This document shows positions 37,550-47,906 of a stretch of 64,000 bases of DNA, in pieces. The stretch is from positions 160,001-224,000 of the forward strand of contig CP169074.1 of assembly GCA_041891055.1 (NCBI GenBank). The letters are read 5' to 3'. The notes under the pieces are model-generated. The model was not told the origin of the DNA and ran no database searches. It saw nothing but the letters and a program-made list of their open reading frames with translations. The stretch is from Halorutilales archaeon Cl-col2-1 (lineage in GTDB: Archaea; Halobacteriota; Halobacteria; Halobacteriales; Afararchaeaceae). A program made the translations under genes and the position numbers. Every line of letters starts with the position of its first letter. Position 1 is the stretch's first letter.

Positions 37550-38020
37550 ATGGCTAGAATGCACACGAGGAAGAGAGGACAGAGCTCTTCCGACAAACCC
37601 GTAGTCGACGAGGCTCCCGACTGGAGTGCTCAGGACGCCGACGCAGTCGAGGAACGCGTTGTCGAACTCGCCGAACAGGGTCTTTCGAGCGCCGAGATAG
37701 GAGTCCGTCTCAGGGACGAGGGCGTCAAGGGCAAGCCAGTCCCCGACGTCAAGCTCGTAACGGGGAAGAAGATCTCCGAGATAATGGAGGAAAACGACGC
37801 CGACCCCGAGTACCCCGAGGATCTCACCAACCTGATGGCTAAGGCTGTCGGAGTTCGTGACCAGCTCGACGGCAACCCCAACGACGCCTCGAACAAGAGG
37901 GCACTCCAGAACGTCGAGAGCAAGATACACAGGCTCATCGACTACTACCAGGGCGACGAGATCCCCGAGGACTTCAAGTACAGTCCCGATAAGGCTCGTG
38001 AGATAGTCGGAGAAGAGTAG
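37550..38020 (+). CDS. rps15: 30S ribosomal protein S15 (uS15)
   Basis: MARMHTRKRGQSSS, PEDL, ESKIHRL..YY. Confidence 0.98.
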   Translation: MARMHTRKRGQSSSDKPVVDEAPDWSAQDADAVEERVVELAEQGLSSAEIGVRLRDEGVKGKPVPDVKLVTGKKISEIMEENDADPEYPEDLTNLMAKAVGVRDQLDGNPNDASNKRALQNVESKIHRLIDYYQGDEIPEDFKYSPDKAREIVGEE

Positions 38021-38049
38021 CTCCGGTTCTCTTCTGTTATAGGATAGCC

Positions 38050-39309
38050 GTGTCTCCTTCGCTTCTCCGAGAGAACGCACGTAAGGCAGCCGGTCTGCTT
38101 CGGTGCGAGGAGTTCGTCGAGGTCGTCTCCCACAACGACGCCGACGGTCTCTCGACGGCGGGTATCGTCTGTGATCTACTCTCGCGCTGGGAGACGAGGT
38201 ACCACTTCAGATGTGTCGACGACCCTGGTAGGGTCGGTTCCCACGTCTCGAAGGACGTCACGACGGTAGCGTGTGACCTCGGAGCGAGCTATCTCGACCG
38301 TCTCCCCCCCAACACCGTCGTGGTCGACCACCATCCCTCGGAGGGACGCGGTGGGTTCGGAGGAATCTTAGTCACACCGAGAGACGAGGGAGACGCCGAC
38401 GACGAGGCGAGTTCGAGCTGTGGCGCACATATAGTTGCGAAGGAATCAGGGTCGGGAGCTAAGACAGCCGACACGGCTCTCCTCGGAGTCATAGGTGACG
38501 ACGTCTTGGACTCGGGGTCGGATCTAGTCGAGGAAGTCATAGACGACGGCGTCGAGTCGGGTGTCATAGACGAGACAGTCGGAGCGCGCCTCGTGGGCGA
38601 GAGGGTCGACGAGGCACTAGCTTACTCGACAGATCCCTACACCGAGTACACGGGAGACGTCGAGGCGGCACGTGGCTACGTCGAAGAGCTGGGTCTTCCT
38701 ATATCTGTCACGGATATGGACGACGACGAGACCACGCGTTTCTCGACTGCGGTCTTCCTCTTAGCTCTCAGAGAGGCGTCGAACCCCGAGACAGCAGCCG
38801 AGACAGTCGGTGAGAGATACCTACTCTCCGATGCCGACGGTTACGATGCCCACACCTTTGCGGCGTACGTCGAGGCGTGTGGCAAGACGGGGAACCCCGG
38901 CTTGGGTCTCTCTCTGTGTCTCGGAGACGCGACGGGTGACGTGAAGAAGGCACGTAAGCTCTACCGCTCATTCGAGTCGAGTCTCATAGACGAGGTCGAA
39001 AACGCCGATGTCGAGGAAGAAGACGGCTCGGGACTGTGCACCGTCAGAATTTCGGGCGGATTCGACACGGGATCGGTCGCCGACGTCTTCCACAGATGGA
39101 TCTCCGACTCCGAAGTAGTTCTCGTCGTCAACCCCGACGGGGAGATGAGCCTTAGGTCGGGGTCGGAGGTCGACGCAGGCAGGACACTCAGGGACTGCGC
39201 GTCAAGAGTCGGCGGCGAGGGCGGAGGACATCCCGAGAGAGGAGGGAGCGTAGTGCCGAGCGAGACGAAAGACGAGTTCATAGACTGTGTAAAGGAGGCG
39301 GTAGAGTGA
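38050..39309 (+). CDS. RecJ-like DHH-family phosphoesterase
   Basis: HNDADG, DLG, DHH and GGGH motifs; conserved rps15-recJ-pcc1-rps3ae context. Confidence 0.88.
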   Translation: MSPSLLRENARKAAGLLRCEEFVEVVSHNDADGLSTAGIVCDLLSRWETRYHFRCVDDPGRVGSHVSKDVTTVACDLGASYLDRLPPNTVVVDHHPSEGRGGFGGILVTPRDEGDADDEASSSCGAHIVAKESGSGAKTADTALLGVIGDDVLDSGSDLVEEVIDDGVESGVIDETVGARLVGERVDEALAYSTDPYTEYTGDVEAARGYVEELGLPISVTDMDDDETTRFSTAVFLLALREASNPETAAETVGERYLLSDADGYDAHTFAAYVEACGKTGNPGLGLSLCLGDATGDVKKARKLYRSFESSLIDEVENADVEEEDGSGLCTVRISGGFDTGSVADVFHRWISDSEVVLVVNPDGEMSLRSGSEVDAGRTLRDCASRVGGEGGGHPERGGSVVPSETKDEFIDCVKEAVE

Positions 39310-39572
39310 AATCTAAGGTAGAGTTCGAGACTCACCATGACAGTCCCGAGAAGGTCGCTCTTTCGGTGTCCCCCGACAACACAGATGAGATGGAGACCGA
39401 GGTCAACGGCTCGAAGATCGTCACACGTATAGAACGCGACAGCTTAGGCTCTCTTCTCTCGACCGCCGACGACTACATCACGAACCTCGAAGTCGCAGCG
39501 GAGATAGTCGACCGAGACGAAGACACAGACGCAAGCCGTGACTGTGACGATGACGACAGCGACAACAACTGA
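39306..39572 (+). CDS. pcc1: KEOPS complex subunit Pcc1
   Basis: SPDNT..RIERDS.GSL.STADDY..NL; conserved context. Confidence 0.88.
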   Translation: MKSKVEFETHHDSPEKVALSVSPDNTDEMETEVNGSKIVTRIERDSLGSLLSTADDYITNLEVAAEIVDRDEDTDASRDCDDDDSDNN

Positions 39573-39631
39573 TTCTCCCGCCGGATATAATTCGAGGATT
39601 TATATGTGTGCGTCCCGAGTTTCGAGTAAAG

Positions 39632-40240
39632 ATGTCAAGCAGACAGGTCTCTAAGTCAGGAAGGGGCAAGAAATGGTACGACGTACTTGCCTCCGAGGAG
39701 TTCGACAGGGAGAAGCTCGGCGAGACTCCCGCCGACGAGCCCGAGAAGATAATGGGACGTAAGGTCGAGACGACCAAGGGAGAGCTCACCGACGACATGT
39801 CGGAGAACAACACGAAGCTCAAGTTCCAGATCACCGACATAGGCGGCGACTCGGCTTACACGAGCTTCATAGGACACGAGCTCACGCGTGACTACGTGAG
39901 ATCGCTCGTCCGCCGCGGCTCCTCGAAGATACAGGACAACATAGTCATACGTACAGAGGACGACTACCGCGTACGTGTCCAGCCCGTCGCGTTCACTGCG
40001 ATGGACGCCGACGAGTCACAGGAGAAGGCTATACGTAGCGACATGAGAGAAATAGTAGTCGAGAGCGGTGAGAACCACACCTTCGACGAGTTCATAGACG
40101 CGATAGTATCGGGACGTCTGAGCTCCGCAGTCTACAACGAGTGTAAGAAGATATATCCCCTGAGACGTGCCGAGATAATGAAGAGCAGCGTCGAAGCAAC
40201 ACCCGAGGAAGTCTACGCCGAAGAAGAGCAGTCGGCTTAA
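39632..40240 (+). CDS. rps3ae: 30S ribosomal protein S3ae (eS1)
   Basis: KKWYDV, GHELTRDYVRSLVRRG, IYPLRRAEI. Confidence 0.97.
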   Translation: MSSRQVSKSGRGKKWYDVLASEEFDREKLGETPADEPEKIMGRKVETTKGELTDDMSENNTKLKFQITDIGGDSAYTSFIGHELTRDYVRSLVRRGSSKIQDNIVIRTEDDYRVRVQPVAFTAMDADESQEKAIRSDMREIVVESGENHTFDEFIDAIVSGRLSSAVYNECKKIYPLRRAEIMKSSVEATPEEVYAEEEQSA

Positions 40241-40265
40241 TCGGTCTTTCCCTTACTCCACTCTG

Positions 40266-40856
40266 ATGACGACTTCTGACGACGGGAGAAAGATAGGCGA
40301 CGTGCGCCATTTCGACTTCTTCTCACGTGTTTACGACGTCTTAGTTCCATCTGCGGACACGGATACGTTGGAGAGAGGAATCGACGAGGCAGAGAGGGGA
40401 GTCGAGAGGGTACTCGACCTCGCGGGAGGAACCGGACGTGTCGGAAGGGCTATCGTCGGCGTCGGACGAGAGGTGGTCGTCGTCGACGCTTCGAGCGGCA
40501 TGGTGAGACAGTCGAGTCTCCCCTCGGTCGAGGGCGACGCGTCACTTCTCCCTTTCAAGGACGAGAGCTTCGACGCAGTCGTATGTGGCGACGCGTTACA
40601 CCATATCACCGACGTCAAGGCTGTCTTCGACGAGGTCGGTAGGGTACTACGTAAGGGAGGCGTCTTTGTCGTCTCGGAGTTCGACCCCTCGACCCTCAGG
40701 GGACGTCTCCTCAGCCTCTCAGAAAGTCTCGTCGGCTTTGACTCCGTCTTCTACACCCCTGACGAGTTAGAGACGATGACCGAAGACGCCGGCATGTCGA
40801 CGAGACGGATCGAGGACGGGTTCAAGTACACCTTGTCCGGGGTAACCAAACCGTAA
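40266..40856 (+). CDS. class I SAM-dependent methyltransferase
   Basis: VLDLAGGTG, GDASLLPFKDESFD, RVLRKGG. Confidence 0.9.
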   Translation: MTTSDDGRKIGDVRHFDFFSRVYDVLVPSADTDTLERGIDEAERGVERVLDLAGGTGRVGRAIVGVGREVVVVDASSGMVRQSSLPSVEGDASLLPFKDESFDAVVCGDALHHITDVKAVFDEVGRVLRKGGVFVVSEFDPSTLRGRLLSLSESLVGFDSVFYTPDELETMTEDAGMSTRRIEDGFKYTLSGVTKP

Positions 40857-40889
40857 GAGATAATAAGATACCCTATAACACGTCGTGCT

Positions 40890-41660
40890 ATGCAGATAGA
40901 TGAGGACATCGTCGGGGATCTTCAGGAGTTCGATCTGACTAAGTACGGCGCGAGAGTCTACTACGTCCTTCTCTCCGAGGGAATATCGACCGCTGGAAGC
41001 CTGTCAAAGCTCTCTGACGTCCCCCAGTCGCGTATATATGACGTCCTGTCGACTCTCGAAAGAAAAGGTCTGATACAGGTCAAGCCTTCAAGCCCGAAGA
41101 AGTACGAGCCTCTCCCAGTGAAGACGGGTCTCGACAACCGTATACGTCAGATAGAGGCGGAGTACGAGGCGAGGATACAGGAGCTCAGGGAGATGGTCGA
41201 AGAGATAGCCGACGAGTTCCCCGAGAAGGAGACACAGCCGTCGGTTTCGGGATCTGGAGTACGTATAGTCGAAGGAGAAGACGCGATAGAGGACAGGATA
41301 CTTGAGATGCTCAAGTCGGCGAACGACGAGGTCAAGCTCGCTGGCGAGAGACCCCTATTCACTCTCAACTGTAAGGGGATGCTCCAGGAAGTCCTATCCG
41401 ACTCAGTCGAACTCATGGCACTCGGAACCTTCGAGGAAGTCTGTAAGTCGGAGATAAGTGCTGTCGGGGGCAAGATACGTCACACCGACTTCTACTACCA
41501 CTATCTCCTCATAATCGACGACAAGAAGATGCTCATAATCTCGTTCGACGATGACGGTCTTCCGTTCGGTCTATACACCGAGAACCCAGACCTAATACAG
41601 ACCCATATACACCACTACCTCGCGCTTTGGGACGAGGCAGAGGCAGAGTCGAGCGAGTAA
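40890..41660 (+). CDS. TrmB-family transcription regulator
   Basis: LTKYGARVY, SDVPQSRIYDVL HTH, C-terminal effector-like domain. Confidence 0.9.
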   Translation: MQIDEDIVGDLQEFDLTKYGARVYYVLLSEGISTAGSLSKLSDVPQSRIYDVLSTLERKGLIQVKPSSPKKYEPLPVKTGLDNRIRQIEAEYEARIQELREMVEEIADEFPEKETQPSVSGSGVRIVEGEDAIEDRILEMLKSANDEVKLAGERPLFTLNCKGMLQEVLSDSVELMALGTFEEVCKSEISAVGGKIRHTDFYYHYLLIIDDKKMLIISFDDDGLPFGLYTENPDLIQTHIHHYLALWDEAEAESSE

Positions 41661-42397
41661 TGACCTTTCTCGCCGTCGATGTAGACGTCTGAGCCGTCTC
41701 TCTCGACACGTCCGTCGGCGATAAGCTCGACGGCTTTTGCGAGGGCAGGACCGTCGCCCTCCCATTTCATCCATTCCTGGTGTGACTCGCAGTAGCTCTG
41801 GACTGCGTCGTCGGAGGCGTTCTCCATGAGACTGTCGACGAGTTCTCTGTGCACCTCGAAACGTTTGGAGAGAGTGAGAAGAGGACCCTCGTCGACGTCT
41901 TGTGTCACGAAATGAACCGACGAACGTGTGTACTCCTCGCCCGAGACTACGGCGTCGTAGACGGGGTCGAATCCCGTGTAGACGCGTTCGCCGTCGTCTC
42001 TCACCGTGAGGTCGGCGGGATGGACATTTATGATAGGGTACGACGAGACTACGGGGGACGTTAGTATACGCATGTACCCCGAGAGTAGGAGGAGGTCGGC
42101 GTTGAAATCCTCGATGGTCTCGGCTGTGTGTCTGTCGTACTCTTCTCTGACCTCGAGATTGCGGGTGTCGGCGTCCCTCTCGGCGTAGAACTCCTCTAGG
42201 TCGTTCGTCTTTAGAGGAATACCTTCGTCACGGACGAACTCTGTGCCTGGAGCGTCGGGGGAGTCGGTAAATGCTCCGACGACCTCGTACTTGTCGCCGT
42301 AGTTGGGGTCGTGTCGCGCGAGATACCGGAGACCGCTCGCACCACCCGAGAAGAAGACCACGACGCGCAGACTCCTGTCTAGATCGAAGAGCGACAT
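41615..42397 (-). CDS. purN: phosphoribosylglycinamide formyltransferase-like protein
   Basis: FSGGASG, LSGYMRIL, NVHP, SVHFVT..VDEGP. Confidence 0.82.
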   Translation of the reverse strand: MSLFDLDRSLRVVVFFSGGASGLRYLARHDPNYGDKYEVVGAFTDSPDAPGTEFVRDEGIPLKTNDLEEFYAERDADTRNLEVREEYDRHTAETIEDFNADLLLLSGYMRILTSPVVSSYPIINVHPADLTVRDDGERVYTGFDPVYDAVVSGEEYTRSSVHFVTQDVDEGPLLTLSKRFEVHRELVDSLMENASDDAVQSYCESHQEWMKWEGDGPALAKAVELIADGRVERDGSDVYIDGEKGHYSLDSASASSQSAR

Positions 42398-42440
42398 TAA
42401 GACCAGAAAAGACGTCCTCGTCCATATGTCTACCGTTAGT

Positions 42441-43406
42441 CTATCCGTGGAGACCCATGACTTCCATCTGTTCTTGGTAACGGTTACGTATGGTGACCTC
42501 GGTGACGTTGGCGACCTCGGCGACCTCCCTCTGTGTCCTCTTCTCGTTACACAGGAGAGACGCGGCGTATATAGCGGCGGCGGCGAATCCAGTAGGCGAC
42601 TTGCCGCTCAGGAGACCTTCCTCCGACGTCGTGTCTATTATGTCGTTAGCCCTCGACTGGACTTCCTCCGGAAGCTCTAACTCAGAACAGAAACGCGGTA
42701 CGTACTTCTTCGGATCGACGGGCTCCATCTCTAAGCCGAGCTCCTGCGAGATATAACGGTACGTGCGTCCGATCTCTTTCCTGTCTACACGTGATACCTG
42801 TGAGATCTCTTCGAGTGAACGTGGAATACCCTCCTTTCTGCAAGCCGCGTAGAGAGCACTCGTGGCTACTCCCTCTATCGAACGTCCACGTATGAGATCC
42901 TCGTTGAGAGCGCGTCTGTATATGACAGAGGCGACCTCCCTCACCGACCTCGGGACTCCGAGAGCACTCGCCATCCTGTCGACCTCTGAGAGAGCGAACT
43001 GGAGATTACGTTCGGAGGCGTCCTTCGTACGTATGCGCTCCTGCCACTTCCTCAGACGGTGCATCTGGCTTCTCTTCTCCGACGAGATAGACCTACCGTA
43101 GGCGTCCTTGTTCTTCCAGTCTATCGTCGTCGTGAGACCCTTGTCGTGCATCGTCTTCGTCGTAGGCGCACCCACCCTCGACTTCTCCTGACGTTCCTTG
43201 TGATCGAAGGCACGCCACTCGGGACCCGGGTCTATCTTCTCCTCCTCGACGACGAGACCACAGTCGTTACATACGACCTCGGCACGTTCTGAGTTAGAGG
43301 TAAGTTCGTCGGAGCCGCATTCGGGACACTGCTCCCCCTCGATCTGATCCTCCTCAGTCTCCTCGGATACTTTCTCCTGAGTCCTCTGCCTTGTTGAGTT
43401 AGCCAT
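42441..43406 (-). CDS. tfb: transcription initiation factor IIB
   Basis: CPEC..CNDCG zinc ribbon, GPEWRAF, two cyclin repeats, [10 protein letters not shown]. Confidence 0.98.
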   Translation of the reverse strand: MANSTRQRTQEKVSEETEEDQIEGEQCPECGSDELTSNSERAEVVCNDCGLVVEEEKIDPGPEWRAFDHKERQEKSRVGAPTTKTMHDKGLTTTIDWKNKDAYGRSISSEKRSQMHRLRKWQERIRTKDASERNLQFALSEVDRMASALGVPRSVREVASVIYRRALNEDLIRGRSIEGVATSALYAACRKEGIPRSLEEISQVSRVDRKEIGRTYRYISQELGLEMEPVDPKKYVPRFCSELELPEEVQSRANDIIDTTSEEGLLSGKSPTGFAAAAIYAASLLCNEKRTQREVAEVANVTEVTIRNRYQEQMEVMGLHG

Positions 43407-43534
43407 ACAAAATCATATATACAGAATAAATTAACCTACTTAAGGCTTAGGTTATCCTCGTCTAAGCAGTACGGGACAACAGGGTTGAGAGAGGTTCCGA
43501 ACTCCATTTATATACGAGCACCTATACTGAGGAA

Positions 43535-44122
43535 ATGGGACATATACTCGAAATCCCTCCTGACGAGGCACGCGAGAGCCTAGAGGAGATGGGAGCCGAG
43601 TTCACGGACGCGAAGGAAGACGAACTCTGGAGGGCGAGACACGGCGGGAGCGTCGTTGCCGCACACGAAAACGGCGTGGTGGTCTACGGCGACGGTTCGG
43701 TACGTGAAGTACTCGGAGAGGGAGGTGGAAAAGCGGTAGTCGAGTTCGACGGTGCGTCAAGGGGGAACCCCGGACCTGCGTCGGCGGCGTACGTCATCAG
43801 GGACTCCGACTCGGGCATACTCACCGAGAACGGAGAACGTATAGGAAGGGCGACCAACAACGAAGCCGAGTACACAGCGCTACTCGGGGGTCTGAGAGAG
43901 GCTAGCGAGAGAGGCTTCGACGAGGTCGAGGCGGTCGGCGACTCACAGCTCATAGTCAAACAGGTAAGAGGCGACTGGGACTGCAACTCGGAGAATCTCA
44001 AGCCTCTCTACTACGAGGTTAGGGAGTTAGCCGACTCGTTCGACTCGTTCGAGATACGCCACGTCCCACGTGAGACAAACGAGAGGGCGGATAGGATAGC
44101 CAATGAGGTGTTCGAGACTTGA
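43535..44122 (+). CDS. rnhA: ribonuclease HI
   Basis: FDGASRGNPG, TNNEAEY, GDSQL, HVPRETNERAD. Confidence 0.95.
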   Translation: MGHILEIPPDEARESLEEMGAEFTDAKEDELWRARHGGSVVAAHENGVVVYGDGSVREVLGEGGGKAVVEFDGASRGNPGPASAAYVIRDSDSGILTENGERIGRATNNEAEYTALLGGLREASERGFDEVEAVGDSQLIVKQVRGDWDCNSENLKPLYYEVRELADSFDSFEIRHVPRETNERADRIANEVFET

Positions 44123-44748
44123 CCGACGACAGCCACAGCCGCAAGGGGAAAGACAGAGACGGAAGCGAGGGAGAGGACGAAGAAGAGAGCGAACGCGAGG
44201 ACTGGGTCGACGAAGCAGTCCGCCTCACTAAGATGTCTCTGACGAGTCCGAGCCCTGTCTACGAGGATAGGCTCGACGAACTCGCCGCCGAGAACGGCTT
44301 CGTGGCGCGTCTCAGAGACGACGAGACTCTCGTCCTCTATCCCGATGACTGGGTTGTGGACGGTGAGGTCGACGTCGAGAGAATAGAAGATACCGACAGA
44401 GCACACGAGATACCTCTGTCGGAGAAGGGAGAAAGCTGGGAGGACGTCCACTCGTACAACTCAGACGTGATCGAAGAGCTCAGCGAGATGGAGGAAGTAA
44501 CCGAGACCGAAGTCTCGAACGCCGAGTACTTCGTAGAGTTTCTCGAGAACCACTACATCCTGCCGGTCGACGAAGTGTCACAGAAACACGTGCGTGAGTT
44601 CCTCGAAGACTACTACCCGAGAAACGTCTGGTCGAGCCCCAATGAAGAAGAGACCGTAAAAAAGTCGGTGAGAAAGCTACTCGAAGCCGCGGGACTCAGC
44701 CCAGACGAGACTGAAGAGTATCTCCGAGACTCAGAACCAGAAAGCTGA
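44119..44748 (+). CDS. conserved haloarchaeal rnhA-operon protein (DUF7108-like)
   Basis: TLVLYPDDW, DTDRA and EDYYPRNVW motifs; overlaps rnhA. Confidence 0.8.
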   Translation: MTDDSHSRKGKDRDGSEGEDEEESEREDWVDEAVRLTKMSLTSPSPVYEDRLDELAAENGFVARLRDDETLVLYPDDWVVDGEVDVERIEDTDRAHEIPLSEKGESWEDVHSYNSDVIEELSEMEEVTETEVSNAEYFVEFLENHYILPVDEVSQKHVREFLEDYYPRNVWSSPNEEETVKKSVRKLLEAAGLSPDETEEYLRDSEPES

Positions 44749-45196
44749 CACCCATTCCGAGCGCGCCGCCGACTACAACGTCGGAAACGTGGTGTAGACT
44801 GAGGTAGACACGAGAGTAGGCTACGAGGGCAGCAAAGCCACAGAGCGCAACAGTAAGACGACGACTCCGGTAAGCGGAGTGGAAGATACCCACCGGTGCG
44901 AACGCCGTCATCGCGTGCATTGATGGGAACGAGGCATAATCGTCGTCGTAGACACGGAATGGGATATGGCTCTTCTCGGCGACTTCTATTCCCTGTTTGA
45001 CATACGGACGGGGTGCGTGAACCGCGGTCTTGAGGCTGACCGCAATAGCACCTACGAGAGCCATGGCTACCAGGAAGTAGGCTGTGTGTCTCCACCGACG
45101 TGTCACTGCCAGAGTCAGGGCGCCTAAGAACGACACCGTGGGATAGAACGGAAACGAGTTGAGAAGAGTCATCAGAGAGTCGAGGTACGAGACCAT
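44696..45196 (-). CDS. PAP2-family membrane phosphatase
   Basis: K...PRP, SFPSMHA and SRVYLSLHHVSDV motifs. Confidence 0.9.
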   Translation of the reverse strand: MVSYLDSLMTLLNSFPFYPTVSFLGALTLAVTRRWRHTAYFLVAMALVGAIAVSLKTAVHAPRPYVKQGIEVAEKSHIPFRVYDDDYASFPSMHAMTAFAPVGIFHSAYRSRRLTVALCGFAALVAYSRVYLSLHHVSDVVVGGALGMGVSFLVLSLGDTLQSRLG

Positions 45197-45234
45197 GCCG
45201 ACTCTTCGTCGCCACTGAAGTAAAAGAAGTCGGT

Positions 45235-45609
45235 TTACTTCTTCCCGAACCTGATCTCTAAGACGCCGTTACTGTAACTCTCGTCGGGATTGGTGACGTC
45301 TACACCCGACGGAACCCCGATAGACTCCGAGTAAGAGCCGTGGACGTTCTCGGCTCGTACCTTGAGTCTCTCGCCGTCGATCTCATAATCTATCTTGTCC
45401 TCGTCGAAGCCGAGTAGCTCCGCGGCGACTACAAAGTCACCGTCGTAATCGCGTGACTCTACGCGCGCACGTGGGATCTCATACTCGTCCTCGGCGTCGG
45501 CACCAGCATCTCGTCTATTCTCGTTAGTCCGAGGCTCGGCTCCGTCGAGTATCTCACGGAAGAGATCGTTTATGTCTCTGATGTCGTCTGAGGAGTTTCT
45601 TCTGTTCAT
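45235..45609 (-). CDS. Hsp20/alpha-crystallin family protein
   Basis: VAAELLG..IDYEI, YSNGVLEIRF; start at ATG 45609. Confidence 0.85.
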   Translation of the reverse strand: MNRRNSSDDIRDINDLFREILDGAEPRTNENRRDAGADAEDEYEIPRARVESRDYDGDFVVAAELLGFDEDKIDYEIDGERLKVRAENVHGSYSESIGVPSGVDVTNPDESYSNGVLEIRFGKK

Positions 45610-45709
45610 TTTGCTTAACCTTAGGTAAGCAGTCCTAGTATATAAACCTTCTCCCGAAAATATCTCAACCGCCGGAAGCTTGATGCGGGAAGAGTACTGT
45701 TTTGAGGAC

Positions 45710-45874
45710 ATGGTACGCGTTGACAAGGAACACCACCGATGCAACATCTGTGGAGAGGACTTCGACAACGAGGCAGAGCTAGAGCGTCACATAGACAGAC
45801 GTCATCCCGAGGAGGACGTCCACTGGTGGGTTGTCGCCGAGAACCCCGAGGATCTCCCTTTCGAGTCGAGTTAA
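45710..45874 (+). CDS. small C2H2 zinc-finger protein (54 aa)
   Basis: CNICGEDF..ELERHIDRRH; GAGGA before ATG 45710. Confidence 0.8.
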   Translation: MVRVDKEHHRCNICGEDFDNEAELERHIDRRHPEEDVHWWVVAENPEDLPFESS

Positions 45875-45914
45875 ATCTAAAGATACATCAAAGGAGACCT
45901 CCTATATCCGTTAG

Positions 45915-45988
45915 GGGTTCGTGGTCTAGTCGGTTATGACACCGCCCTTACAAGGCGGAGGTCCCCGGTTCGATCCCGGGCGAACCCA
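45915..45988 (+). tRNA. tRNA-Val(TAC)
   Basis: GGGTTCG/CGAACCC acceptor stem, CCGCC-CTTACAA-GGCGG anticodon arm, GGTTCGATCCC T arm. Confidence 0.96.
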
Positions 45989-46071
45989 CTGGGCGAACTT
46001 TTGTGAGCGAAGTGGTGTGGTATGTACGAGAGGTTCAGTTCTGAGTCTGTGTCTTAGAGTAATTTGGTAGG

Positions 46072-46929
46072 CTACTCCGTCGCAGATCTAACTGATGTGT
46101 CGTCTCCGTCATCGACCACGACGACGACTTTTGGCTCGTCGACCTCGTCGGGACAGTCCTCGGAGACTTCAAGGGGTACTGTCTCACGGTCGGCGAAGGC
46201 GTCCTCGATCTCACCCGTGTCGCGGTCAAGGAAAGCCTCTTGTCTAAGTGTGATGTTGTACCTCCTTGTCTCGCCCCCACTGAGAAGGAGGTCGAAGGGT
46301 GCGTTGTCTCTCACGGGCGCGGGTCTGTACTCCGACTCGGAGATGTAGACACAGCCGTTGACAGACGGTACTTCGGCAGTACGTGACAGAGCGAACGGAT
46401 TCTCGACCGTCACTGTTCCGACTACGTCTTCATTCGTGGGTCTGAATCCCTCAGGAAGCTCGACCTCGTCGTCGAAGTCGTACTCGTAGGTCGTCTGTGC
46501 CCCCGTGACGTCGAACCCGAGGAGGACGAAGGCAACGACTAAGACACCGACAATCCCTGCCGCGGCTGTACGTCGGTCGACGTCGAGGTATCCTCTGCTC
46601 GAGACGTAGCCGAGGACGACGAAGAGTGCCGAGGAGCCAGCGAGGAGGAGGAAGACACCGCCGTCACCGAGGTCGAAGACTGAGAGCGTGTACGCGACGA
46701 AGACGAGGTAGGAGCCAGCTGAGAGGGCGTAGAAGACAGTATCGAGTGTCTCGGTGTCGACGTAGACTCCGGCGAGGAAGAAGGCGGCGAAGCCTAAGAC
46801 GAGAGCCGCGGAGGTCGTCGTCGGCGATAGGTCTTCGAGTAGCTGGAATCCGAAGTAGAAAGCCGCTGCTACACCGAGTACGACACCGACGACGTAGAGT
46901 ATCTTGACCCGGTCAATTTTCGTCTCCAT
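46072..46929 (-). CDS. membrane protein (5 TM plus external domain)
   Basis: Hydrophobic N-terminal half and acidic C-terminal domain with two Cys. Confidence 0.8.
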   Translation of the reverse strand: METKIDRVKILYVVGVVLGVAAAFYFGFQLLEDLSPTTTSAALVLGFAAFFLAGVYVDTETLDTVFYALSAGSYLVFVAYTLSVFDLGDGGVFLLLAGSSALFVVLGYVSSRGYLDVDRRTAAAGIVGVLVVAFVLLGFDVTGAQTTYEYDFDDEVELPEGFRPTNEDVVGTVTVENPFALSRTAEVPSVNGCVYISESEYRPAPVRDNAPFDLLLSGGETRRYNITLRQEAFLDRDTGEIEDAFADRETVPLEVSEDCPDEVDEPKVVVVVDDGDDTSVRSATE

Positions 46930-47016
46930 GTCCCAGAATCGGACTCGTCGTACTTATTAGTGGGCACATGGAAACTGACTTAACCGGGTTCTCCGAAGTA
47001 TAGACACACCACAGGA

Positions 47017-47325
47017 ATGTCAGACGATACCGACACCGAGTTACGTTTACGTAGTATAAGCGGCTCACTCAGGTACGCCTTCCGTGTGAGTGATTCCCTT
47101 CTCCTCAAGATATACGGCGTCGTCTTCGTCGGCGTCGGTGCCTTCGTCACGGTTCTCTGGCTTCTCACGATGGTGACGTGGCTCGGACGGCTGAGCGGAG
47201 TGGCTCCGGTATCGGAGATCTGGGGATTTCTTCCGTTTCTGGTCTTCGTCTATCTCGTCGTAATGGGCGTACTTATTCTGCCTCTATACATTCCCATGAG
47301 AAGGTACAGAGAGACTTCGAGTTAG
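47017..47325 (+). CDS. small 2-TM membrane protein
   Basis: YAFRVSDSLL followed by two TM segments. Confidence 0.7.
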   Translation: MSDDTDTELRLRSISGSLRYAFRVSDSLLLKIYGVVFVGVGAFVTVLWLLTMVTWLGRLSGVAPVSEIWGFLPFLVFVYLVVMGVLILPLYIPMRRYRETSS

Positions 47326-47906
47326 TCCATTCCGCGCCACGTCATAACGAACCTCTGTACTGCGGTCAGATTTCCGACGACCGCGAATAGTATCAGAACC
47401 CATCTCAGTACGCCTCCGAACGCGGCGTGGGCGAGACCTCCGGCTACTATCAGAGACATCCTGTCGGCGCGTCCGAGCGCGCCGCCGTACTCCCTTCCTG
47501 CGCCGACTGCCTGTGCCTGTGTTCCCATGTACGACGTCATGAAGACGCCCGTGAGAGCTAAGAGTCCAAACATCCACTCGCCGGTGCCCGCCGAGATCCC
47601 GACCACGAAGACCGCGTCTGAGTACCTGTCGAGGACGTGGTCGAGGAAGTCGCCCTTCTTACTCTCTGACCCCGACTCGCGGGCGAGTTCCCCATCTACG
47701 AGGTCGAGGAAGCCGTTGAGAACCACGAGGAGTGACCCACCAACGTAGCCGTAGAAGCTTCCGACCGAGAAAGATACGCCCGAGGCGACCGCTACGACGA
47801 GCGAGACGACAGAGACCTGGTTAGGTGTCATTCCGAGACTCCGGGCGGCTCTCACTCCCGGCTTCACAGCCTTGTATCCGAGCGGCTTGAGGCTGTCAAG
47901 TGTCAC
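47322..47906 (-). CDS. CDP-alcohol phosphatidyltransferase
   Basis: TPNQVS and the DLVDGELAR..G..LDHVLDRYSD signature. Confidence 0.95.
   Translation of the reverse strand: MTLDSLKPLGYKAVKPGVRAARSLGMTPNQVSVVSLVVAVASGVSFSVGSFYGYVGGSLLVVLNGFLDLVDGELARESGSESKKGDFLDHVLDRYSDAVFVVGISAGTGEWMFGLLALTGVFMTSYMGTQAQAVGAGREYGGALGRADRMSLIVAGGLAHAAFGGVLRWVLILFAVVGNLTAVQRFVMTWRGMD

Noticed and set aside
45978-46015. GGGCGAAC duplicated just after tRNA-Val, a possible att site
   Set aside because: Only 8 bp, adjacent to the tRNA, with no integrase or distant second copy seen.
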